From contig CATJVQ010000036.1 in assembly GCA_949743955.1 (NCBI GenBank), positions 8,433 to 72,432 of the forward strand: 64,000 bases of DNA. Reading direction: 5' to 3'. The stretch is from an uncultured Oscillospiraceae bacterium. GTDB lineage: Bacteria; Bacillota; Clostridia; Oscillospirales; Ruminococcaceae. Below the pieces are notes generated by a model. It ran no database searches. It was not told where the DNA came from and worked only from the letters and a program-made list of their open reading frames with translations. A program made the position numbers and the translations under genes. Within the stretch, counting starts at the first letter, position 1. Each line of letters opens with the position of its first letter. Shown in pieces: positions 28,543 through 36,107 of this stretch.

Positions 28543-29451
28543 TCTGCACATGCGGTCCCATTTTATCAGCTGGCGGTATCGTTCATCTTCCCGAATCATC
28601 TGGCACAATCTGCATTTTTTTGAGTAGTCCGCCGGATTACCGGGAACAAAAATTTTATGTACCATATAATACACAAGAACATTGAGAGAAAAAGAAACAT
28701 ATTCGTTTTTTACTGCCGAAAGTCTGCCTCCGGCTTCTAAAACCGACTGAATTTCCTTCACCAGCCGCAGATGATTCCGCAGAAATTCGGAGTCGAAGCG
28801 GTGGGATGAAGAATCGTCATGTATATTATAAAAATAAACCCGCCGAGGAATGTAAAGAGTATTTGCCGCTTTCATCTGATATTCCAGATTAAACAGTTTA
28901 TCCTCTCCAAAAAACAGATCGGTAGAAAAGCGGAGCGCATAGAGAGCGATAATAGACTTTCTGTACGCTTTTGCACAGGGAGAGTTAAAGTTCACACTGC
29001 CGTTTTCCCGCAGCTGAACCGGGACTAAAATTCGTTTCAAAAACTCTAGTGTATGTTCGTCTCCATAATGAATCTTTTCCGCCGCTTTTCCTCCGGATAC
29101 AAGCTCCTGTTCCGTCTGGGCAAAATCAAACAGAAGCAAATCTGCTTCTTCTCCGGCAATCAGCGCCAGAAAGTCACGGGAAATGAGATCGTCCGCATCC
29201 ACGAATACGACCCATTCCCCGCTGCATTCTTCAAGCCCGCGGTTGCGCGCGGCGGACACGCCCTGATGTTTCTGTATAATCAGTTTTATCCGGCAGTCTG
29301 AATACTCTTCACAAATCCGCAGGCTTCCATCTGTGGATCCATCGTCGACAAGAATGAGTTCAAAAGCCCGATATGTGGAATTCAACACCGAATCGATACA
29401 GCGCCGCAGATAGGGCTCTGCGTTATAAATGGGAATGATCACTGAAATCAC
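28438..29451 (-). CDS. Glycosyltransferase family 2 (paralogue B)
   Basis: SVIIPIYNAE, VDDGSTDGS, GVSAARNRG, FVDADD, GED. Confidence 0.92.
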   Translation of the reverse strand: MISVIIPIYNAEPYLRRCIDSVLNSTYRAFELILVDDGSTDGSLRICEEYSDCRIKLIIQKHQGVSAARNRGLEECSGEWVVFVDADDLISRDFLALIAGEEADLLLFDFAQTEQELVSGGKAAEKIHYGDEHTLEFLKRILVPVQLRENGSVNFNSPCAKAYRKSIIALYALRFSTDLFFGEDKLFNLEYQMKAANTLYIPRRVYFYNIHDDSSSHRFDSEFLRNHLRLVKEIQSVLEAGGRLSAVKNEYVSFSLNVLVYYMVHKIFVPGNPADYSKKCRLCQMIREDERYRQLIKWDRMCRSWQERVIVVLFRFRCCHVISLISRWIAARSEKKR

Positions 29452-29479
29452 AGCTTTCTCTCCTCTCCGCGCATATACG

Positions 29480-30499
29480 TTAATGATACCGCTTCCATGT
29501 CAGATATACGGCGCTCACCCGGCAGATTGCATAGGTCATTCGATACCATTTCAGATGGAAAAAGAATACAAGCAGTCTTCTTCCCAATGGTCCGCAGACA
29601 TAATTATATTTTATAGCCTGCTGATCCAATCTATTTTCCTGCATTCTGCGGCACAAATCACATTTTTCATGATAAGGCTTTCCATTGCTGGGGTGAAAAA
29701 TATCCCACACCAAAATAAATGTCAGATTATCCAGCACATACGAATAGAACTCTCTTTCCAGCAGAGGCAGCATCTCACCGGCTTCCAGAGTGACATATAT
29801 CTCTTTAAGAAGCCGCATATGATTCTGCGAAAGTCCGGCATGATAACGATGTGACAAAGAGCTGTCGCTCATATGGTAAAAATAAACCGGCCGGAAAATG
29901 TAAAGAACATCCCTTACTTTCATCTGATATTCAAGATTAAAAAGTCTGTCCTCTCCATGGAACAGTTCCGGAGAAAAACGGAGCGCACAGCGGTCAATAA
30001 TGGACTTCCGATATGCTTTTGCCCAAGGTGAAAGAAAGTTTACATTGCCGTTTTCTCGCAGCTGATCCGGCACCAGAATCCGTTTCAACAGGTTCGGTAT
30101 ATATTCCTCTCCAAAACGCATTTTTTCCGCCTCCCCGCCTGCGGAAATAAGCTCCCGCTCTGTCCGGGCGAAGTCAAAGAGGATTAAATCCGCGTCCTCT
30201 CCCGCTATCAGCGCCAGATAGCCGCGGGAAATAACATCGTCCGCGTCCACGAACACGACCCATTCCCCGCTGCATTCGTCAAGCCCGCGGTTGCGTGCGG
30301 CGGATACACCTTGGTTTTTCTGTACAATTAGTTTTATCCGATCATCTATATATTGTTTGCAAATTTGCAGGCTTCCGTCGGTGGATCCGTCGTCAATGAG
30401 GATGAGTTCAAAATCCCGGTACGTGGAATCCAGCACCGAATCGATACAGCGCCGCAGATACAGCTCCGCATTATAAATGGGTATGATGACTGAGATCAC
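29480..30499 (-). CDS. Glycosyltransferase family 2 (paralogue A)
   Basis: Same motifs; N-terminal ~120 aa closely similar to paralogue B. Confidence 0.92.
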   Translation of the reverse strand: MISVIIPIYNAELYLRRCIDSVLDSTYRDFELILIDDGSTDGSLQICKQYIDDRIKLIVQKNQGVSAARNRGLDECSGEWVVFVDADDVISRGYLALIAGEDADLILFDFARTERELISAGGEAEKMRFGEEYIPNLLKRILVPDQLRENGNVNFLSPWAKAYRKSIIDRCALRFSPELFHGEDRLFNLEYQMKVRDVLYIFRPVYFYHMSDSSLSHRYHAGLSQNHMRLLKEIYVTLEAGEMLPLLEREFYSYVLDNLTFILVWDIFHPSNGKPYHEKCDLCRRMQENRLDQQAIKYNYVCGPLGRRLLVFFFHLKWYRMTYAICRVSAVYLTWKRYH

Positions 30500-30531
30500 A
30501 AGCCTTCCCCTCCCCGGGCCGATATGGTCTC

Positions 30532-30560
30532 AGTATAATACAGCTCCCCTCAAAAAGCAA
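30532..30560 (-). promoter_or_regulatory. Sigma-A-type promoter for the minus-strand GT2 pair
   Basis: TTGCTT-17 bp-TATACT about 30 bp upstream of GTG 30499. Confidence 0.55.
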
Positions 30561-30586
30561 CTCCGGCACAGCGGACAGGAGGCATT

Positions 30587-31579
30587 ATGTTTACATTTAT
30601 CGTCACATGCTACCAGCAGGCGGATATGATCCCGCTCGCGCTGGAAAGTGTCAGGTACCAGATTGAGCGCTACGGTCAGGGACAATCCTTCCAGCTCATC
30701 GTCACAGACGACGGATCCACTGACGGCAGCCGCGATGTCATCCGGCGGTGGACAGAAAAAAACCGGCGTCTCTTCGCCGAGGCCGATCTCCTCTTCCAGG
30801 AGGAAAACGCGGGGATCTGCCAAAATTATGTGGACGCGCTGAGGCACGTGCGAGGGGAACGCTTCATCGTCCTCAACGGTGACGATCTGTTCTCTTCCCA
30901 CAGCGTTTTCGCGTTCACAGACAGGCTCGCCGAATATGACATCGTGACTTCCGCCGCCGCTAAATTTACCGGATCAGGCAAGCCTGTCCATGCCCGGCAC
31001 ACAGTTTTAGAAATGGTGCTGCAAAACTTCATCACCGGAAAATCCCTGCATAACGCGGTAAAGCTGGGCTGCCCGATAATGGGATACGCCATCTACCGGA
31101 AATCCCTCCTGACAGAGGATATTTTCGATTTTATCCTGCGCTTCCGGACAGTGAATGACCGAGCCTGTTTTCAAAAAATACTGGATCAAAACGCGGTAAA
31201 AACCTGCTATATCAACCGCCCGATTATTCTGTGCAGAATTTCAGAAAATTCCATTTCCAACTTTAACAGTCCGTCGAGGATTCTGCACAATCAGGAAATT
31301 TCAGATCTGTGCCGGACACAGCGAAAAACAGAAAAGTCATTCCTCTTTCGGTCCCTGCTGTTCTGGCAGGAAAAGTCTATTTCCTTCCGCAAAAGTCCAT
31401 ATGAATTTATACGGTTTCTGCGATTTTTTTCCCCATATTTTATCTTCATATTTTGGATTTACTGCCGAAATTTTCTCTCTATCAAAAAAATGGAACAGGA
31501 GCTTATACATGCCTGCGAAAAAGAATGTGAAACGCACTATAAAAACATATGCACCCGCGCTTCCGGAAGCCTTCTGTAA
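30587..31579 (+). CDS. Glycosyltransferase family 2
   Basis: FIVTCYQQ, VTDDGSTDGS, LNGDDLF; ATG after AGGAGG. Confidence 0.85.
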   Translation: MFTFIVTCYQQADMIPLALESVRYQIERYGQGQSFQLIVTDDGSTDGSRDVIRRWTEKNRRLFAEADLLFQEENAGICQNYVDALRHVRGERFIVLNGDDLFSSHSVFAFTDRLAEYDIVTSAAAKFTGSGKPVHARHTVLEMVLQNFITGKSLHNAVKLGCPIMGYAIYRKSLLTEDIFDFILRFRTVNDRACFQKILDQNAVKTCYINRPIILCRISENSISNFNSPSRILHNQEISDLCRTQRKTEKSFLFRSLLFWQEKSISFRKSPYEFIRFLRFFSPYFIFIFWIYCRNFLSIKKMEQELIHACEKECETHYKNICTRASGSLL

Positions 31580-31641
31580 AAGATGCGCTGCACGCTATAC
31601 ACACTACCGCCATTCGCCGCTAATTTAAGGAGGATACCGCC

Positions 31642-32487
31642 ATGAAAGCGCGCCGGCTGACTTTAAAAAACATCGCTGCTTATATTCACCACCTGTATCT
31701 GGAAGAACGCGCGCCGGCCACGGCGGAAAAATACAACCGCGACATCCATGCCTTTATCGAATGGCTGGACGGCAGAAAAGTGGAAAAGGAAGCGGTGTCC
31801 CTCTGGAAAAAACATCTGCTGGAAAAGGGGCTTTCCCCCTCCACGGTTAACGCCAAGCTCTCCGCCCTCAACGGATTTTTCAGCTTTCTGGGCTGGGACG
31901 ACTGCCGCATCCGCTTCCTGCGCATTCAGCGGCGCCTGTTCCGGGACAAGGCGAAGGAGCTCACCCGTGCAGAATATGAACGCCTCCTCGAAACGGCGAA
32001 ACTGCTCCGGCGCAGCCGCTTGGAGCTGCTGATGGAGACCATCTGCTCCACGGGAATCCGCGTTTCTGAGGTGCGGTACATCACGGTTGAAGCGGCGCAG
32101 AACGGGCAGGCGGTCATTCGCCTGAAAGGGAAAATCCGGACAATTCTTCTGGCAAAAAAGCTGTGTGCGAAGCTCTTAAAATATGCCCAAAAAACAAAAA
32201 TCGTTTCCGGTGAGATTTTTCTCACCAAAAACGGAACCGGTCTCTCGCGAAAACAGATTTGGCAGGAAATGAAGTCACTGTGCAAAAAAGCGAATATTGC
32301 ACCGTCCAAGGTGTTTCCGCACAACCTGCGCCACCTGTTTGCCGTCACTTTTTATCAGGTCAGCCGGGATCTTGTCAAACTGGCCGATACGCTGGGACAC
32401 TCCTCCTTGGAGACGACGAGAATTTATCTTCTAACCACTGTTTCGGAACATATAAAATATTTGGAAAAATTGCGGTTAATCAGGTAA
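31642..32487 (+). CDS. Tyrosine recombinase (short, invertase/Xer-like, 281 aa)
   Basis: Catalytic set present: TGIRVSE (R), KGK, PHNLRH (HxxR), LGHSS, TRIY (Y). Confidence 0.93.
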   Translation: MKARRLTLKNIAAYIHHLYLEERAPATAEKYNRDIHAFIEWLDGRKVEKEAVSLWKKHLLEKGLSPSTVNAKLSALNGFFSFLGWDDCRIRFLRIQRRLFRDKAKELTRAEYERLLETAKLLRRSRLELLMETICSTGIRVSEVRYITVEAAQNGQAVIRLKGKIRTILLAKKLCAKLLKYAQKTKIVSGEIFLTKNGTGLSRKQIWQEMKSLCKKANIAPSKVFPHNLRHLFAVTFYQVSRDLVKLADTLGHSSLETTRIYLLTTVSEHIKYLEKLRLIR

Positions 32488-32497
32488 AACAAATACA

Positions 32498-32519
32498 GGA
32501 CGGAATATGCGTTTTGCCC
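32498..32519 (+). repeat. Inversion site 1 (left IR)
   Basis: GGACGGAATATGCGTTTTGCCC. Confidence 0.9.
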
Positions 32520-32539
32520 CTCTATCACAATTTATTTCC

Positions 32540-32568
32540 ATTGTACACAGATTTTCATAAAAAAGCAA
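32540..32568 (-). promoter_or_regulatory. Left outward promoter (P-L), currently antisense to the recombinase
   Basis: TTGCTT (32563-32568)-17 bp-TACAAT (32540-32545) on the minus strand. Confidence 0.7.
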
Positions 32569-32585
32569 TAGGCAAATTACATAGG

Positions 32586-32601
32586 CAGAATATGCGTTTT
32601 G
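32586..32601 (+). repeat. Inversion site 2 (internal copy)
   Basis: CAGAATATGCGTTTTG, 16/16 identical to the reverse complement of the site 3 core. Confidence 0.85.
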
Positions 32602-32674
32602 TAGTGGAGGATTTATGAAACAGCAGAATTGAAGATGATTGCCGGTTGAATGGAATAGAAAAACGCAATAAAGT

Positions 32675-32719
32675 CGCAGGCATACAGAGCCGTTGACCGG
32701 ACGGCTCTGTATGCCTGCG
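32675..32719. terminator. Central hairpin of the invertible element
   Basis: Perfect 19-bp stem CGCAGGCATACAGAGCCGT/ACGGCTCTGTATGCCTGCG, 7-nt loop. Confidence 0.8.
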
Positions 32720-32764
32720 TTTAAAACAGAGAAATGGGTTGGAAAATACTATATAATTTACCTA

Positions 32765-32793
32765 TTGCTTTTTAAGGGACGGATATGTACAAT
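32765..32793 (+). promoter_or_regulatory. Right outward promoter (P-R), currently facing pelD
   Basis: TTGCTT (32765-32770)-17 bp-TACAAT (32788-32793). Confidence 0.75.
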
Positions 32794-32812
32794 AGAAATG
32801 ATTAAAAAGAAT

Positions 32813-32834
32813 GGGCAAAACGCATATTCTGTCC
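32813..32834 (-). repeat. Inversion site 3 (right IR)
   Basis: Reverse complement GGACAGAATATGCGTTTTGCCC. Confidence 0.9.
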
Positions 32835-32944
32835 ATATTGAGAACGAGGAGGGGAATTTCGACATGGAGGTACTGCTTTCAGGTGACGATTTTCCCTCAC
32901 GAAATGACTGCTAATGACCACCGACAAGAAGGTGAGACGGAACT

Positions 32945-35116
32945 ATGGAAGTACTACTGGTTGGAAACGGTCGGATAACAGAGGCCCTTATTGACCGGCT
33001 GAACAAAAGTGGGGACCGTGTTTATCTGCTGACCGGTCATCGTAATGGCAAATCCTCACAAAAACATGTGTTCGAAAAATATAACTTCTCCTATGAGGAC
33101 GACAGCATAAAGGACATTTTCAAGAGCATCAAGCCGGATGTTACCATTTTTACCGGCGCATGGGACAGTCATTTTGACTGGCAAAAGGCTGAACAGGAAT
33201 CTGTTCGGTACACGACATCGCTCATCAACATCGTGACCGCCTATTCTATACTGCAGCAGGGGCGGTTTGTATATCTCTCGTCTCAGGAAGTGTTCAGCGG
33301 CTCCAGTCCGCAGAACCTGTCGGAATCCTCCCCGACATCACCTAAGGACTTTCGGAGCATGGCAATCTCTCAGGGGGAGGAGATTTGCGCCAATTACCGC
33401 CGCAATCAGGGGCTGGACATTCGGATTCTTCGCTTTGATCATCTCTATTGTGTGCCGGAAAAAGGGCGTCCTGAGGTGGATCCCTGCTTTGCCATGTGCC
33501 TGGAGGCACTCCGCAGCGGGCGCATTTCCGCCAATAACAACGAAGTGTTTTCCATGATCTTTCTCAAAGACGCTGTGGAATTGGCGTATAAGGCCATTGC
33601 AGCGCCAAAGCTGGAGCAGTCCCTCTATCACATTTCCTCTATGGAGGAAATAAGCGCTATGAGGCTCGCCGAGCTGGTGCAGGCGACGATAGGGAAAAAC
33701 ATCCGGATAATGGATTACACATCGGACGATGTGCATCGGCTGATTCTTGACGGCAGCGCCTATCAGGAAGAGTTGGGGATGAAGATCGCCACCCCCTACT
33801 GGGTTGGTGTGGAGCTGGTCGCCCAGTATATGCGGCAGCACAGCGAATCTTTTATTCGTGCCGAGGATGTAGGCGGAGGCCGGTGGACCCGGTTCTGGCA
33901 CAGAACAAAACTGATTTTCTCCGCACTGGTCCCGTATGTAGAGAACATCGTCTGTTTTCTGATTTTCTTTTTTCTAAACAGTATGGCTGCCGGCAGCGGT
34001 TTTTTCCAGCGCCTAGACTTTTTCCTGCTGTATGTGCTGCTCTTTGCCGTCATCCACGGCCAGAAGCAGGCGATCCTCTCCGCTTTGCTGGCCGTGGCAG
34101 GGTTCTGTGTGCAGGAAATGGTTACTCGCAGCGGCTTCGAGATCATGCTGGACTATAACACCTATGTGTGGGTGGCCCAGCTGTTTATTGTGGGGCTGGT
34201 CGTAGGGTATCTTAAGGATCAGCTGTACACCGTGCAGCAGGAGAGCCAGGACGAAATCGACTATCTGGAAAAAAGGCTGGCCGACATTGCAGAAATCAAC
34301 GACAGTAACGTGCGGATGAAGCAGAACTTCGAGGCGCAGCTTGTCAATCAGAAGGACAGTCTGGGGAAAATTTACGACATTACATCCAAACTGGAACAGC
34401 AGGCTCCGGAGGAAGTCCTTTTTACCGCCGTGCGGATGATTGCCCGCCTCATGGACTGCGAGAGCGCCGCTGTATATACAGTGGCCAACCGAAGCTATGC
34501 CCGGCTTTTCTCTTCCACATCCGCCGAGGCCCGAAGCCTTGGGAACTCCATCGAATACACCACCATGACGGAAATGTACAGCGATCTGCAGAAACGGCGG
34601 GTCTACATCAACAAAACGATGGAGAACAAATTCCCACTGATGGCCAGCGCCGTGTACTATGAGGATTCCATGCAGCTTATCTTCATGCTCTGGGGGATTC
34701 CCTGGCAGCGCATGACCATGGCGGAAGCCAACCGTCTGGCGGTCATCGGGCAGATGGTGCAGTCCGCTGTCGTGCGGGCCAACCGGTATCTGGAAGCGCT
34801 GAGCAACGAACGGTATGTCGAGGGCACCCGGCTGATGGCGGCGGACGCTTTCCGCCAGCTGGCCAGCGCGTTTCTCAGCGCACAGGAAAAGGGGCTCACC
34901 GAATGCGTCCTGCTGGAGGTGGAGACGAATGGGGACTGTGTGAGTGCGGCGGCCGCCCTAAACGGATATACCCGCCAGTCGGACTATATGGGGGCGGTGA
35001 AGAAGGGGGTCCTGTCCGTTCTACTCTCGAATACAAACAGCGAAAATGCCGCATTCGTAATGAATCGGTTCCGCTCCGCCGGATATGAGAGCCATCTGGT
35101 TCGGGAGATCGTATGA
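32945..35116 (+). CDS. pelD: PelD-like protein: degenerate SDR/epimerase domain + TM bundle + GAF + degenerate GGDEF with RxxD
   Basis: Epimerase-like N-terminus, four TM segments (FLLYVLLFAVIHG..), GAF-like region, C-terminal RQSD; first gene of a pelD-E-A-F-G order. Confidence 0.7.
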   Translation: MEVLLVGNGRITEALIDRLNKSGDRVYLLTGHRNGKSSQKHVFEKYNFSYEDDSIKDIFKSIKPDVTIFTGAWDSHFDWQKAEQESVRYTTSLINIVTAYSILQQGRFVYLSSQEVFSGSSPQNLSESSPTSPKDFRSMAISQGEEICANYRRNQGLDIRILRFDHLYCVPEKGRPEVDPCFAMCLEALRSGRISANNNEVFSMIFLKDAVELAYKAIAAPKLEQSLYHISSMEEISAMRLAELVQATIGKNIRIMDYTSDDVHRLILDGSAYQEELGMKIATPYWVGVELVAQYMRQHSESFIRAEDVGGGRWTRFWHRTKLIFSALVPYVENIVCFLIFFFLNSMAAGSGFFQRLDFFLLYVLLFAVIHGQKQAILSALLAVAGFCVQEMVTRSGFEIMLDYNTYVWVAQLFIVGLVVGYLKDQLYTVQQESQDEIDYLEKRLADIAEINDSNVRMKQNFEAQLVNQKDSLGKIYDITSKLEQQAPEEVLFTAVRMIARLMDCESAAVYTVANRSYARLFSSTSAEARSLGNSIEYTTMTEMYSDLQKRRVYINKTMENKFPLMASAVYYEDSMQLIFMLWGIPWQRMTMAEANRLAVIGQMVQSAVVRANRYLEALSNERYVEGTRLMAADAFRQLASAFLSAQEKGLTECVLLEVETNGDCVSAAAALNGYTRQSDYMGAVKKGVLSVLLSNTNSENAAFVMNRFRSAGYESHLVREIV

Positions 35117-36078
35117 TGAACTGGGGGTTGGACATGCGGGCATTTCTCCTGCTGTGTCTTATTAATTTGATTGCCGCTCTCCTCTATCTGCTGGTGGGAG
35201 CGCTGATTGTCTCTCCTGCCCAAACCCGGAAAGAACGGAAGGAGGGTATAGAAGTCCGGCACGACAACCGGCGCACCTATCTGCTGCGGTTTCTGGTCAT
35301 GGTTCTGTGCCCGGTGGTGGGGCCGCTCTTTTTCTTCTTCTCCTATCTGCTGTTCCGGATTCCACTGTGGACACAGCCTGATCTCGAGGATGTTGTTTTC
35401 AGTAAGGAGCGTGTAAAAACCCGCATGAAAGCGGATGAGGAACGCGAGAGGAACATGGTCCCGCTGGAAGAGGCCATGTTCGTCAATGAGAGCCGGGATC
35501 TGCGTCTCATCATGATGAACACCATCCGGGGGGATGTGCATGCCGCGTTGGGTGTCATCATGCTCGCGCTGGACAGTGAGGACTCCGAGACCGCTCATTA
35601 TGCAGCGTCCGTCCTGAGCGGCGAGCTGGATACATTCCGCGCCAATGTGAACCGGCTCTCGAGAATCATCCGGGAGGAGACGAATGAGGAGACAGCGGCC
35701 GAGCTGGAGCTTATCCCGTATATGGATGATTTTCTCCGCCAGAACGTATTCTCACAGCTGGAACAGAAAAAGCTGACGAAAATTCTGGAGGAAACAATCC
35801 AATCTCTTTACGAAAAAAATGCTTCTCTTCTGACACCGGAGCATTACGAAAGTGTCTGTCTGCGGCTTATGAAGATTTCAGATTATACCAGCGCGGAAAG
35901 ATGGTGCCTGTGCCTGACCGAACAGTATCCGGATACGCTGGCCTCCTTCACCTGCCGCCTGAAGCTCTATTTTTCCACAAGGAACCGGGACGCTTTTCTT
36001 CAAACACTGTCCGCGCTCAAGCAGTCGAATGTCGTTATTGACAGCGAGACACTGGAGCTTATCCGAATTTTCAGTTAA
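35113..36078 (+). CDS. pelE: PelE-like membrane protein with helical/TPR-like C-terminus
   Basis: Two N-terminal TM segments, VPLEEA, AL.SEDSETAHYAAS; position between pelD and pelA. Confidence 0.62.
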   Translation: MMNWGLDMRAFLLLCLINLIAALLYLLVGALIVSPAQTRKERKEGIEVRHDNRRTYLLRFLVMVLCPVVGPLFFFFSYLLFRIPLWTQPDLEDVVFSKERVKTRMKADEERERNMVPLEEAMFVNESRDLRLIMMNTIRGDVHAALGVIMLALDSEDSETAHYAASVLSGELDTFRANVNRLSRIIREETNEETAAELELIPYMDDFLRQNVFSQLEQKKLTKILEETIQSLYEKNASLLTPEHYESVCLRLMKISDYTSAERWCLCLTEQYPDTLASFTCRLKLYFSTRNRDAFLQTLSALKQSNVVIDSETLELIRIFS

Positions 36079-36107
36079 ACAATAATCAGCGTGATGGGAG
36101 GAATCGG

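Larger units (their letters stand above)
32498..32834. mobile_element. Candidate invertible promoter element controlling the pel-like operon
   Basis: 22-bp terminal inverted repeats (21/22), starting 10 bp after the recombinase stop; two outward promoters inside. Confidence 0.75.

Noticed and set aside
31642-32487. Recombinase as a prophage/ICE integrase
   Set aside because: Short, with no obvious arm-binding domain, no phage or conjugation genes, no adjacent tRNA or att-like direct repeats; the adjacent inverted repeats fit an invertase better.
32498-32834. Repeats read as a mini-CRISPR or IS ends
   Set aside because: Only three copies in mixed orientation with irregular spacing, no cas or transposase gene, no target-site duplication seen.
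32693-32914. 73-aa ORF across the right half of the switch
   Set aside because: Begins inside the hairpin without an SD and spans promoter and repeat; only the last 16 codons have an SD.
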